The notes under the pieces are model-generated. The model did not search any database, was not told where the DNA came from, and was given only the letters and a program-made list of their open reading frames with translations. The position numbers were made by a program, and so were the translations under genes. 64,000 bases of DNA from Acidimicrobiaceae bacterium (GTDB taxonomy: Bacteria; Actinomycetota; Acidimicrobiia; Acidimicrobiales; Aldehydirespiratoraceae), in assembly GCA_009842325.1 (NCBI GenBank), contig VYFQ01000003.1, positions 113,459 to 177,458 of the forward strand, written 5' to 3'. Shown here piece by piece: positions 36,358 through 45,811 of this stretch (positions within the stretch are counted from its first letter, which is position 1; each line of letters begins with the position of its first letter).

Positions 36358-37290
36358 GTGGGCGGGGTGAGCGCCAGGGACCGTTTCCGGGGCTGTCTGG
36401 TGGGGCTGGCGGCGGGGGACGCGCTGGGCACGACGCTGGAGTTCAGCCCGCCGGGCTCGTTCGACCCGATCGACGACATGGTCGGCGGTGGGCCGTTCGG
36501 GTTGCGGGCGGGCCAGTGGACCGACGACACGTCGATGGCGCTGTGTCTGGCCACCAGCCTGCTGGAGTCGGGCGAGTTCGACCCTGTGGACCAGATGGGG
36601 CGCTACCTGCGGTGGTTCAAGGAGGGGTACCTGTCGTCGACGGGGCGCTGCTTCGACATCGGCGGCACCACCCGCGAGGCCCTGGTGCGCTTCGAGCGGA
36701 CCGGCGAGCCGTACTCGGGGCCGACCGACCCGACGTCGGCGGGCAACGGCTCGCTGATGAGGCTGGCGCCGGTGCCGATGTTTTTCGCCGGCGAGGCCCG
36801 GGAGGCGATCGACCGCAGCGCGGACAGCTCCCGCACGACCCACGGCGCTGTCGAGGCGGTCGACGCCTGCCGCTACTTCGCGGGCCTGCTGGTGGGTGCG
36901 CTGCGAGGCGTCGACAAGGAGACGCTGCTGTCCGAGCGCTACAGCCCGGTCGACGGCCTGTGGGACGAGGCCCCGCTCGCCCCGAAGATCGCCGCCATCG
37001 CCGCCGGTTCGTTCAAGCACAAGCAGCCCCCCGAGATCCGCGGAACCGGCTACGTGGTGGACACCCTGGAGGCGGTCCTGTGGGCCTTCTTCCACACGGA
37101 AGACTTCAGACAGGGCGCCCTCAAGGTGGTCAACCTCGGGGACGATGCCGACACCACCGGCGCCATCTTCGGCCAGCTCGCCGGCGCACACTGCAGCGTC
37201 GAGTCCATCCCCGCCGAGTGGCGGCAGAGGCTAACGATGAGCACTGAGATCGTGTCAATGGCCGACAGCCTGCACGAGCGAGTCGCGTAG
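36358..37290 (+). CDS. ADP-ribosylglycohydrolase family protein
   Basis: [52 protein letters not shown]...IPAEW. The start is GTG 36358 or 36367. Same strand as the phosphatase, 28 nt downstream of it. Confidence 0.85.
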   Translation: MGGVSARDRFRGCLVGLAAGDALGTTLEFSPPGSFDPIDDMVGGGPFGLRAGQWTDDTSMALCLATSLLESGEFDPVDQMGRYLRWFKEGYLSSTGRCFDIGGTTREALVRFERTGEPYSGPTDPTSAGNGSLMRLAPVPMFFAGEAREAIDRSADSSRTTHGAVEAVDACRYFAGLLVGALRGVDKETLLSERYSPVDGLWDEAPLAPKIAAIAAGSFKHKQPPEIRGTGYVVDTLEAVLWAFFHTEDFRQGALKVVNLGDDADTTGAIFGQLAGAHCSVESIPAEWRQRLTMSTEIVSMADSLHERVA

Positions 37291-37521
37291 AACTTGGTCC
37301 CGTGCGCCACTAGACCGATGGCTGCATGACAGGCCTGATGCACATGACACAGGTGGTACTTGACGATGACTTGGTATCCGACGCGGCCACGAGTGGCATG
37401 CGGTTGTATTCCCACGAGACCTAGGGCAAGAAAACCACTTGAATCACACCATCTCTGACTTCTAGAGTGCGAGTTAGGCCGTCCCTAAGGGTGGATCACG
37501 ATCTCAAGGAATCAAGATGCT

Positions 37522-38622
37522 ATGCAGTTTCGAGTTCCGTACACCGTATACGACTGCTGGTCGGGACTGCCGCCGAACGGGTCTCCACCACAGCGTGGCC
37601 ACTTGGCCTTTACTGACAGAGAGTTTGCAAGAGCCTTGCTCCTTACAGGCCGCCACCACGCGCTAGATGCTGTCCGTAGCGACCCGTTGGGCGAGTGGGA
37701 GTATAGGCACAAGGTCGGATTCACACGTGCATACTTCGAATCAGCAGCGTCATCGCACAGTACTCCGCTGGCATTGGGACTGACAACACAAACAGACTTA
37801 CTTGATCCCACTGAGAAGGGCTACTTGTCTTATTCGATTGGACAAGCATTGACTGGCATATTTTGCCAGGACATATTGTCGATATCGCGGATGTTGCACT
37901 TCGATCTATACAAGGACGACTATCATCTTCAAGTGAAGCCCTCAGGACGGCGTCCCGATCTGTTTAGTAGGGCTGAGGATCGCCTTGTGATCGCAGAAGC
38001 GAAGGGCCGCACTACCGATAGTCCTGCAGCTGTAGAGCGAGTTGGCAGAGATACGATCCATCAATTGAGTTCGGTTCAGGTGGTTCACAAGAGCCCGCCG
38101 TTAACCGGTCGAGAGTTGCGATGCATGCCTAAGACAGTCCGAAGCCGACTTATTGGGTGTGTGGCTATGGTGTCGCCTTCGAAGAATACCGTATCGCTTC
38201 ATGTATTCGATCACGGTACTGTGAATTTGAAGGCGCCAAAGCTTTCTAGCCAGAGGTTCGAGGGAGTCCGGACACGGCTCGACTACCGATATGTGACCGT
38301 GGACCGCTTTGTGTTGGACTTCTATAGTTCGATCGTTGGACTAATCGAGTATGTGGATCAGAACCCTGATATCGAAGACGGGATTGTCAAGATCAATCTC
38401 ATAGGTCTAGGCATCACGGTCGGTCTTCTAGAGGGGATATACCGTACGATCACGACGATCCGAGAGTTGATAAGTGGTGCCGCCGACGAGTTTGTGTACC
38501 ACGAGCCGGGTGGGTTGACAGAGGAGGTTGCGATGATTCTGCGTGGCACTGAGTTGGAACGGGCAGGAGTGTTTCCGGACGGAACGTTCTTTGAGACTGA
38601 GTGGTCCGACGACGTCGACTAG
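37522..38622 (+). CDS. hypothetical protein with PD-(D/E)xK-like nuclease motif
   Basis: 366 aa, visibly lower G+C. The segment GRRPDLFSRAEDRLVIAEAKGRT fits D-x12-E-x-K of the restriction-endonuclease fold. No family recognised. Confidence 0.6.
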   Translation: MQFRVPYTVYDCWSGLPPNGSPPQRGHLAFTDREFARALLLTGRHHALDAVRSDPLGEWEYRHKVGFTRAYFESAASSHSTPLALGLTTQTDLLDPTEKGYLSYSIGQALTGIFCQDILSISRMLHFDLYKDDYHLQVKPSGRRPDLFSRAEDRLVIAEAKGRTTDSPAAVERVGRDTIHQLSSVQVVHKSPPLTGRELRCMPKTVRSRLIGCVAMVSPSKNTVSLHVFDHGTVNLKAPKLSSQRFEGVRTRLDYRYVTVDRFVLDFYSSIVGLIEYVDQNPDIEDGIVKINLIGLGITVGLLEGIYRTITTIRELISGAADEFVYHEPGGLTEEVAMILRGTELERAGVFPDGTFFETEWSDDVD

Positions 38623-39272
38623 CGGTAGGCCTATGTCGGTAGCAGTGGGCCTCTAGTGTCACGCAGCTTCTCTTCTAGCGCCTTCCGGGACGAGTGGAGC
38701 GCCTGTGGAGGATGTCAGAGATAGATGTCGGGCAGTTCGACCAGCACGCCATAGTCTCGGAGAGCCTGAACGCCGCTGGGGTCGGTTGTCGAGGCTCGGA
38801 GCACCGCACACGGGGGCCAGAACGATCAGAGCCTCGGGCCTGCGCGGGGCACGAACCTCCAGACGAGGCGCTCCGCTGTCGGCCCACGATCAGGCTCGCA
38901 GCGCGAGACAGGCCACTGCAGGTCTGCTATAACACGGCTTCGCCGTGTGAGGAAAGCCTCATGCCGTTGAGATGGCCCCGGCGATCTCACCTAGTTCCCC
39001 CCACCTCGTGACCAGCTCGTCGGATGCTCGACCTTGAAACACATGACCGGCTGAAGGTCGCACTTGGGGGCGGCCCATGCCCCGTGACTAAGCGATTGAT
39101 TCAAGCCGCTACGCATTCGCCGCGTAGCGACCGTCATCCGACTAAGGCCTGCATATCCGGCGGTCCCCGAGCGATGCGCCGCTGGATTGAGCCATTGCGT
39201 TGCGCGCTAGGCCCGTCGGGTGCCAAGCCCACGGGAGGACGGCTGTCGCGACCCCCACGTAACGTGGTGCTC

Positions 39273-39812
39273 ATGTCGTCCCGGCCACCGCGACGTAGCA
39301 GCCTGCGAGTTCGTCTCGAGCTCGGCCTCGCCGCGTTTGCTCCTGCGTTGATCTTGTTGGCGGTCGGCGCTCGCGATAGCGGCTGGGCTTGGCTGTTCAT
39401 CGTGCCTGCCGCAGCCGGAATCCTTGTCCTCGTGGCGGGGATGCTCATAGTGCGACGAGGGAGTCCCGATCCCTTTGATTTTGGGGGCATCAAAGACCTC
39501 AGCGGCGAGGTTCTCGGCCACATCGGTGCCTACCTGTTGCCAGTTCTCATCGATACATCGCAGTCGACCGAAGAGATCGTGATCAGCGCGATTGTGGTAG
39601 CCCTGATCATCCACATCCACGTGTCGACCGGACGCGTCTTCGTCAACCCGCTTCTGTACCTGCTCGGATATCGGATCTATAGCGCTGAATCCGGAGGCAC
39701 GACGTTCTACCTCATCGCTAGGAGCGACGTCAGCGCCTGGACATCGGAGCGTCGCTGCGTCCGGATTGGTTCGAGCGTGCTCGTCGAACGCCACCAGCAG
39801 GAGATCGCGTGA
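39273..39812 (+). CDS. kwaA: four-TM membrane protein, KwaA-like (Kiwa)
   Basis: In-frame ATG at 39273 (MSSRPPRR). Four hydrophobic helices. GTGA overlap with the next gene. Assigned through its partner and its architecture only. Confidence 0.45.
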   Translation: MSSRPPRRSSLRVRLELGLAAFAPALILLAVGARDSGWAWLFIVPAAAGILVLVAGMLIVRRGSPDPFDFGGIKDLSGEVLGHIGAYLLPVLIDTSQSTEEIVISAIVVALIIHIHVSTGRVFVNPLLYLLGYRIYSAESGGTTFYLIARSDVSAWTSERRCVRIGSSVLVERHQQEIA

Positions 39813-40729
39813 CATCCCCACACGAGATACTAGAAGAGATCGACAGCCGCCTACCTGAGGCGCTGACCCTTACGGTGGGCCGGTTGGTAGGCGACGCCAT
39901 CGAAGCGCGACACCTAGCACTCGACGTTGACGCGGCAGACAGCTTCCGCGAGCAGTGCTACATCGCTTGCGAGCACATTCGGGCGGGGAGTGCTGCGTCA
40001 TACACGGCGTCAGCCGAACTAGATGCAGGCGAGTACTACGTAATCGACGACGACGAGACACTGGACGAGCTCGGCGAGTTCCGGCGCTTGGCCGACAATC
40101 TGGGAGCGATTCCTCAGATCTCTGCCAACGAGCTCGATTTGACGATCAGGCTCTACTCCGTCGCCGTGGGAAACGAATTCAGCCGGATCCTCTTCGTCAG
40201 GAGCACCAATCCTCAGCTGGCCCACAAGGCCGGAAAATTCTGGGCCATGGGCCAAGAACGGCTCACTCGTATCGATGGGCCTGTCTTCGCATTCTCCGCT
40301 GGCTTCGACTTCGTTCTCGGGCCAAGCTGGGCAGTTGTGCTACACCAGAGATCGTTTGAGATGCTATTCCGGCAGATCGGTCTCGTGGAGCAACACGTCT
40401 CGACTTGGATCAAGGGAATCACCGACCACCTCTCCATGAGTGAGTCGAGCATCAGCGGCCTTCGCGACGTTGCACTGCGGGATTCCCGAACGTGGCGGCG
40501 GCTGCGTGACATCGAGCGTCGGCGCCACCTTGCAGACGTCACGCTAGATCAAGTGGCTGCGTATGCGGGGGAGATCGGCCTCGACCCGGGGAAGGTCGTG
40601 GTCGATGGGGAACTCGTGTTCGATCCCGCCGAGCGGTTCGGCTTCCTCCATCTGCTCAACGAAGATCTGTACAAGGGTCCGCTCACCGGCGAGGCGTTCG
40701 AGTCGCAGCGCAAGTCGGCGATGAGTTGA
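39809..40729 (+). CDS. kwaB: DUF4868/KwaB-like protein (Kiwa)
   Basis: 306-aa soluble protein coupled to the 4-TM protein. Its size, its context in a defence island and segments such as FDFVLGPSWAVVLHQRSFEMLF are consistent with my memory of the DUF4868 family. Not verified by search. Confidence 0.5.
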   Translation: MTSPHEILEEIDSRLPEALTLTVGRLVGDAIEARHLALDVDAADSFREQCYIACEHIRAGSAASYTASAELDAGEYYVIDDDETLDELGEFRRLADNLGAIPQISANELDLTIRLYSVAVGNEFSRILFVRSTNPQLAHKAGKFWAMGQERLTRIDGPVFAFSAGFDFVLGPSWAVVLHQRSFEMLFRQIGLVEQHVSTWIKGITDHLSMSESSISGLRDVALRDSRTWRRLRDIERRRHLADVTLDQVAAYAGEIGLDPGKVVVDGELVFDPAERFGFLHLLNEDLYKGPLTGEAFESQRKSAMS

Positions 40730-40787
40730 CCAGATGTGGGCGAGGACATCGAGCCGGCGATCGTCTAGGTGATGAGAGGAAGAGAAC

Positions 40788-42488
40788 GTGGGACAGCAGG
40801 ACCTTAGGGTGCACGAACTCGTCAGCAAGATCGAGCGGGGCGAGATCAGGTTGCCTGAAATGCAGCGCAAATTTGTATGGACGTCCCCGCGCGTTCGTGA
40901 TCTTCTTGACTCGCTGTATCGCGGATATCCGTCAGGCACCATCCTGACGTGGGACACCGATGAGCAGGTCGCGACCCGCGATTTTGCGATCGAACAAGCA
41001 AGTCCGACGCAAGATCGATTTCAACTCCTCCTCGACGGCCAGCAACGGTTGACCGCCTTGTCGGCGGTTCTCCGCGGAGAACGCATTGAGGTGCGCTGGC
41101 GTAAGCGACCAATCGACGTACTGTTCAATCTAGAGCATCCTGAAGACCTCCAAATCATTACTGAAGTTCACGAACATGGTGGTGCTCATGATTCTGATGC
41201 TGAGGAAATCGCTGAGGCTTCGGAAGATGAACTTCAGCAGCGATTCGAGCAGATGGCCTTTGTTGTGTCTTCACGCAAGCTTGCAAGCCTGCCTCACTGG
41301 GTATCAGTTACCGAAGTGTTTAAGGAAGCCAGCGATGCTCCCTTCCTGAAGAGAGCTGGTGTGACATCTATGGATGATCCTCGATACGACAAGTACACTT
41401 CCCGATTGAGACGGCTGCGCGACATCCGAAACTATGAGTATCGAGTGACCGTCCTTGATCGGGATAAGTCGTACGAAGAGGTGACGGAGATATTTGTACG
41501 TGTCAATTCGCTTGGTGCTAAGCTTCGAAGTGCTGATCTTGCCTTGGCGCAGATTACTGCCAAGTGGAGGAACTCTCTCGAAGTCTTTCAGGAGTTTGAA
41601 AGTGAGTGCGCTGATTCTGGGTTCCACGTTGAATTGCCGATTCATCTCAAGAATCTGGTGGCGTTTGCTACGGGACAATCTCGTTTCCGGATAGTCAGTA
41701 GCTTGGATGCCCCTGCACTTCAGGAAGCATGGAAGGATGCTAAGGACGGTATGCGATTCGCACTCAACTTCCTTCGATCCAACGCGGCCATTGATAGCCC
41801 GGCGCTGTGGTCTTCACCGTTCCTGCTCATAGCTGTTGCCTTCTTCGGCCACCGTTCCAACTACAAGCTGTCTGCAGACGAAGCTCACCAACTCCGGTAT
41901 TGGGTCTTGAACGCTAACGCAAAAGCTCGCTACTCGCGTGGATCCTCTGAGACGTTCTTGGATCAAGACTTGGCATCCATTCGAAGACACGGCGATGTAG
42001 CACCACTTGTACAACTCCTCCGGACCCAGGTGGGACGTTTAGAAGTGTTGCCGAGTGACCTAGAGAGCCGGACCAGTCGTAGTGCATACTTCAAGACAAT
42101 GTTTATCGCGTTCAGACGCGATGAAGCGACGGACTGGCAAGATCAACTGATCATATCACTTAAGCATAAGGGTTCACAGCACTCCTTGCAGTTCCACCAC
42201 ATCTTCCCTCAGTCAGTACTAAAGGAGCGGGGTATGTCTCCCAGTAAGATCAACGATGTGTGCAATCTATCCTTCATTAGTGGTAGCACGAATCGGAGCA
42301 TTAGTCGACGTGAGCCAGCTGAGTATCTTCCAAAGATAGTTTCCAAGATCGGTGAAGAGGCGCTGATAAGGCAGTGTATTCCACTGAACCCCGACTTGTG
42401 GACGCTCGATACTTACGAAGATTTCCTTGATGAGCGACGGCAGCTTGTCGCTAGACGGCTCAATGAGTTCCTCGGTCACGGTCAGTGA
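40788..42488 (+). CDS. GmrSD/BrxU-like type IV restriction enzyme (DUF262 + DUF1524-type His-Me finger)
   Basis: LPEMQRKFVW and LLLDGQQRLTAL (DUF262/ParB-like NTPase). C-terminal LQFHHIFPQS ... NLSFISGSTNRSI (HNH-like). Low G+C. Confidence 0.8.
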   Translation: MGQQDLRVHELVSKIERGEIRLPEMQRKFVWTSPRVRDLLDSLYRGYPSGTILTWDTDEQVATRDFAIEQASPTQDRFQLLLDGQQRLTALSAVLRGERIEVRWRKRPIDVLFNLEHPEDLQIITEVHEHGGAHDSDAEEIAEASEDELQQRFEQMAFVVSSRKLASLPHWVSVTEVFKEASDAPFLKRAGVTSMDDPRYDKYTSRLRRLRDIRNYEYRVTVLDRDKSYEEVTEIFVRVNSLGAKLRSADLALAQITAKWRNSLEVFQEFESECADSGFHVELPIHLKNLVAFATGQSRFRIVSSLDAPALQEAWKDAKDGMRFALNFLRSNAAIDSPALWSSPFLLIAVAFFGHRSNYKLSADEAHQLRYWVLNANAKARYSRGSSETFLDQDLASIRRHGDVAPLVQLLRTQVGRLEVLPSDLESRTSRSAYFKTMFIAFRRDEATDWQDQLIISLKHKGSQHSLQFHHIFPQSVLKERGMSPSKINDVCNLSFISGSTNRSISRREPAEYLPKIVSKIGEEALIRQCIPLNPDLWTLDTYEDFLDERRQLVARRLNEFLGHGQ

Positions 42489-42607
42489 ACGGCAGTCGAT
42501 TCTGCTGGCGGGATCGATGCGGCGCAATGATGCGGATTGCGTCGCGGCCGGACTGTGCTGCTGGATCGGATGGAACCCATGGCCGACGCAGCCGCTGAAG
42601 GCGACAG

Positions 42608-45600
42608 ATGACAACGCTTGAGCAAGAGCGGGCTGTTGTCGTGCCGGAGCAGGGGAACCTAGTGAGGGCGCGCGACCGGTACTGGGTGGTGGAGTCGGTG
42701 CGCCAATCGGCGCGCCCGGTGGACCCGATGAGCTCCGACGGCTGGGCCCGGCATCACCTCGTAACTCTGGTCCCGATTGACGACAAGGGCAGTTCGTCGC
42801 CGTTGAGCGTGTTCTGGGAGACCGAGCCGGGCACGGAGATTCGGCCGCAGTCCGAGCTTCCGAACCCGGCTGATGGTCTCGACACCCCGGAGGTGTTCGC
42901 TGGGTTCTTGGATGCGGTGCGATGGGGCGCGATCGCCTCGGCTGACCCGCAGGCGTTCCAGTCACCGTTCCGAGCCGGCATCGACATCGAGGACTACCAA
43001 CTGCTGCCGTTGGTCAAGGCGCTGCGCATGCCTCGGGTCACGTTGTTGGTCGCTGACGATGTCGGGTTGGGCAAGACCGTGGAGGCGGGCCTGATCGCGC
43101 AGGAGTTGGTGCTGCGCAACCAGGCCAACAGGATCCTGGTGGTGTGCCCGCCGAGCCTGTGCGGCAAGTGGCAGCGCGAGATGAGAGAGCAGTTCGGTCT
43201 CAGTTTCGAGGTCGTCGACACCGACCATGTACGACAGCTACGCCGCCAACGAGGGGTCGCGGTGAACCCGTTCCGGTCCCATCCCCGGCTGATCGTTTCG
43301 ATGGAGTGGGTCAAGTTTGAGTCCCAGATGCGCTGGTTCGACGAGTTCCTGCCCCCTGACCCCAACGTGTTCCCCCGGGCGTTCGATCTGCTGATCGTGG
43401 ACGAGGCCCACCGCATCGCGCCGTCAGCGGTGGGGCGTTACGCCCGGGACTCATTGCGGACCCAGGCGATGAAACGCCTGGCGCCGCATTTCGAGCATCG
43501 GCTGTTCTTGACGGCTACGCCCCACAACGGCTATCCCGAGTCGTTCCAGGCGCTGTTGGAGATGCTGGACCCCAACCGGTTCACCAAGGGCGTGGAACCC
43601 AGGCGGCGAGACCGCGAAGCGGTGATCGTGCGCCGTCTGAAGTCGCATCTCCGGACGATGCTGCCCGACGGCGACAAGCGGTTCCCGAAGCGCAGGATCG
43701 AAGCCATCGAAGTGGAGTTCCCGCCCGAGGAGCAGGAGCTGTTCACCCTTCTGGACGGCTACTTGGATCTGCGGATGGGTTCAGCGGCCACCCCGGCGGA
43801 GAGGACGGCGTCACGGTTCATCGCGCTGCTGCTCAAGAAACGGCTGCTGTCGTCGCCGGCCGCGTTCAAGCACACCTTGGACCAGCACATCCGCACCCTA
43901 AACGCCGCGTCGCGCTGCGGGGTCGCCGAGACGGTGATACGGGACGCCGCGGCCGCGGTGGAGGACAGCGCGGACGACAGCGAGGTGGTGTCCGAACAAG
44001 AGCAGGAGGCTCTGGCGCTCGCCGCGGACGCGCTCGACAGCATCGATCCCGAACGCGAGCAGGAACTGCTGGCGAGAATGCGCGCCCGGACCGTGCACAT
44101 CGATGCTGCCGCCCCGATCCTGGATCAGATGTGGACTATGGCCGACCAGAGGTGGCGCAGAGCCGACGCGAAGACGCGGCGGCTCGCGGACTGGATCGCG
44201 GATACCTGCTTCACCGAGGGTGAATGGAACAACGAGCGGGTCATCGTGTTCACCGAGTACCGGGCCACCCTCAACTATCTCGACGAGATCCTCGCCGCGC
44301 CGCGTGACGGCTGGCCCGACACCACCGGACGTGTCGAGGTGTTCCACGGAGGGCTCGACAGCGAAGAGCGCGAGCGGATCATCAGAGAGTTCAACTACAA
44401 CCCGGCCAAGACCAGAGTGCGGGTGCTGCTCGCCACCGACGCCGCGTCTGAGGGCATCGACTTGCATCGGGCCTGTCACCGGCTCGTGCATATGGAGGTC
44501 CCGTTCAACCCGAACCGGATGGAGCAGCGAAACGGCCGGGTGGACCGCCACGGCCAGAAGTCCGGCACAGTCGACATCTTCCATTTCGCGTCACCCGGCG
44601 GCGAAGACGACAGTGCCAGCCACGATCACTCTTTCCTGCTGCGCGTCGCGGAGAAGGTCGACGACATCAGAGACGATCTCGGGTCGATGGCTTCGGTGCT
44701 TGCTGAGCGGGTCGAGGCTCGCATGCTGCGACAGGGCGACGACAGCCTCGACCTCGAGGATGTGGTCGAGGAGCGCCGGAACCAGGCCCGCGTCAGCCTG
44801 GTGCAACTCAAGCAACGGTTCGCGCAGGACATCATCGATGTGCGCGACAAGTACAGCACCAGCGTCAAGGAGCTCGACCTCACCCCGGCCAGCGTGCAAC
44901 GCGCGGTGGAGGTCGCGTTCCGTATCGAGGGTCAGCCGCCGCTTCGGGAAGCAGCCCTCGCACGCGGCGACACCACGGTGAGGGTGTTCGAGGTCGACGA
45001 CCTGGCCGGCACCTGGGGCGAGACCCTCGTCGGTTTGCGCAACGAAGTCGAGGACGTGCGCCTGCCGGTGACCTTCGACCCTGCGGTGGCCCAAGGCCAA
45101 CAGGATGTCGCCTATCTGCATGTGGGGCATCCGCTGGTGGCGCGCTGTCTGCGCACCCTGCGGGCCCAGGTGTGGGGCGCGGCCGTGGACCGCAAGATCA
45201 ACCGGGTGGCGGTCCGTTACGCCGAGGTGGCCGAGCCGGTCGCGGTCGCGCACGCCCGGGTGGTGGTCAACGGCTCCGACGGGTCCACCCTCGACGAGGT
45301 CATAGAACCCGCCGCGGTGCGTGTCGGCGGTGGCCAGGGACGCCTCAACGTCGGCGAGACCCGCTCGGCGGTGGCGTCGGCAAGCTCCCAAGAGGTGCCC
45401 GCAGCACAACAGGGCCTATATGTGGACCAGTGGCCGCGGCTCAAGAAGCCGCTTCAGAAGGCGCTGGCCGCCCGCGCTTCCGAAGTTCTCGACCAGCGCA
45501 GCCGCGCCATGGACGCCAAACGCGACACCGAAGAGAAGCGCCTGCGTGGAACACTCCAGGACCTCAGAGCAAGCATCCTGCGCCGCCTCGACGAACTACA

Positions 45601-45811
45601 AGAATCAGAAACCGTCGAACAGTTGCGCCTGTTCGACGACGACGAGCACCGCCAGATCCAAGCCGACATCCAGGCGCTGCGCGACCGGGCCGAACGCATC
45701 GGCGACGACATCGAAAAGGAAGCGGAGATCCTGCAGCGCCGCTACGAGGTCCGAGACGTCAACTGGTTCCCCGTCGCCGTCGAGTTCCTAATCCCCAGAG
45801 GGCAGGTCTGA
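42608..45811 (+). CDS. drmD: DISARM class 1 SNF2-family helicase
   Basis: ADDVGLGKTVEAG (motif I), LLIVDEAHRIAP (DEAH), LTATPHNG (III), LLATDAASEGIDLH (V), QRNGRVDRHGQ (VI). Confidence 0.85.
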   Translation: MTTLEQERAVVVPEQGNLVRARDRYWVVESVRQSARPVDPMSSDGWARHHLVTLVPIDDKGSSSPLSVFWETEPGTEIRPQSELPNPADGLDTPEVFAGFLDAVRWGAIASADPQAFQSPFRAGIDIEDYQLLPLVKALRMPRVTLLVADDVGLGKTVEAGLIAQELVLRNQANRILVVCPPSLCGKWQREMREQFGLSFEVVDTDHVRQLRRQRGVAVNPFRSHPRLIVSMEWVKFESQMRWFDEFLPPDPNVFPRAFDLLIVDEAHRIAPSAVGRYARDSLRTQAMKRLAPHFEHRLFLTATPHNGYPESFQALLEMLDPNRFTKGVEPRRRDREAVIVRRLKSHLRTMLPDGDKRFPKRRIEAIEVEFPPEEQELFTLLDGYLDLRMGSAATPAERTASRFIALLLKKRLLSSPAAFKHTLDQHIRTLNAASRCGVAETVIRDAAAAVEDSADDSEVVSEQEQEALALAADALDSIDPEREQELLARMRARTVHIDAAAPILDQMWTMADQRWRRADAKTRRLADWIADTCFTEGEWNNERVIVFTEYRATLNYLDEILAAPRDGWPDTTGRVEVFHGGLDSEERERIIREFNYNPAKTRVRVLLATDAASEGIDLHRACHRLVHMEVPFNPNRMEQRNGRVDRHGQKSGTVDIFHFASPGGEDDSASHDHSFLLRVAEKVDDIRDDLGSMASVLAERVEARMLRQGDDSLDLEDVVEERRNQARVSLVQLKQRFAQDIIDVRDKYSTSVKELDLTPASVQRAVEVAFRIEGQPPLREAALARGDTTVRVFEVDDLAGTWGETLVGLRNEVEDVRLPVTFDPAVAQGQQDVAYLHVGHPLVARCLRTLRAQVWGAAVDRKINRVAVRYAEVAEPVAVAHARVVVNGSDGSTLDEVIEPAAVRVGGGQGRLNVGETRSAVASASSQEVPAAQQGLYVDQWPRLKKPLQKALAARASEVLDQRSRAMDAKRDTEEKRLRGTLQDLRASILRRLDELQESETVEQLRLFDDDEHRQIQADIQALRDRAERIGDDIEKEAEILQRRYEVRDVNWFPVAVEFLIPRGQV

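Noticed and set aside
37050-37415. 121-aa minus-strand ORF
   Set aside because: Two thirds of it is antisense to the C-terminus of the ADP-ribosylglycohydrolase gene. The His/Cys-rich N-terminus has no support.
38694-39011. 105-aa plus-strand ORF (and 70-aa minus ORF 38675..38887) in the 650-nt gap
   Set aside because: No RBS and no motif. The products are Arg/Pro/Cys-rich, and the two ORFs mutually overlap. Kept only as part of the non-coding gap finding.
45172-45810. 213-codon N-terminal extension of the methyltransferase ORF in the ORF track
   Set aside because: The extension lies entirely inside drmD in another frame and is Arg/Gly/Pro-rich. ATG 45811 sits exactly at the drmD stop (TGATG), matching the coupling seen at all other DISARM junctions.
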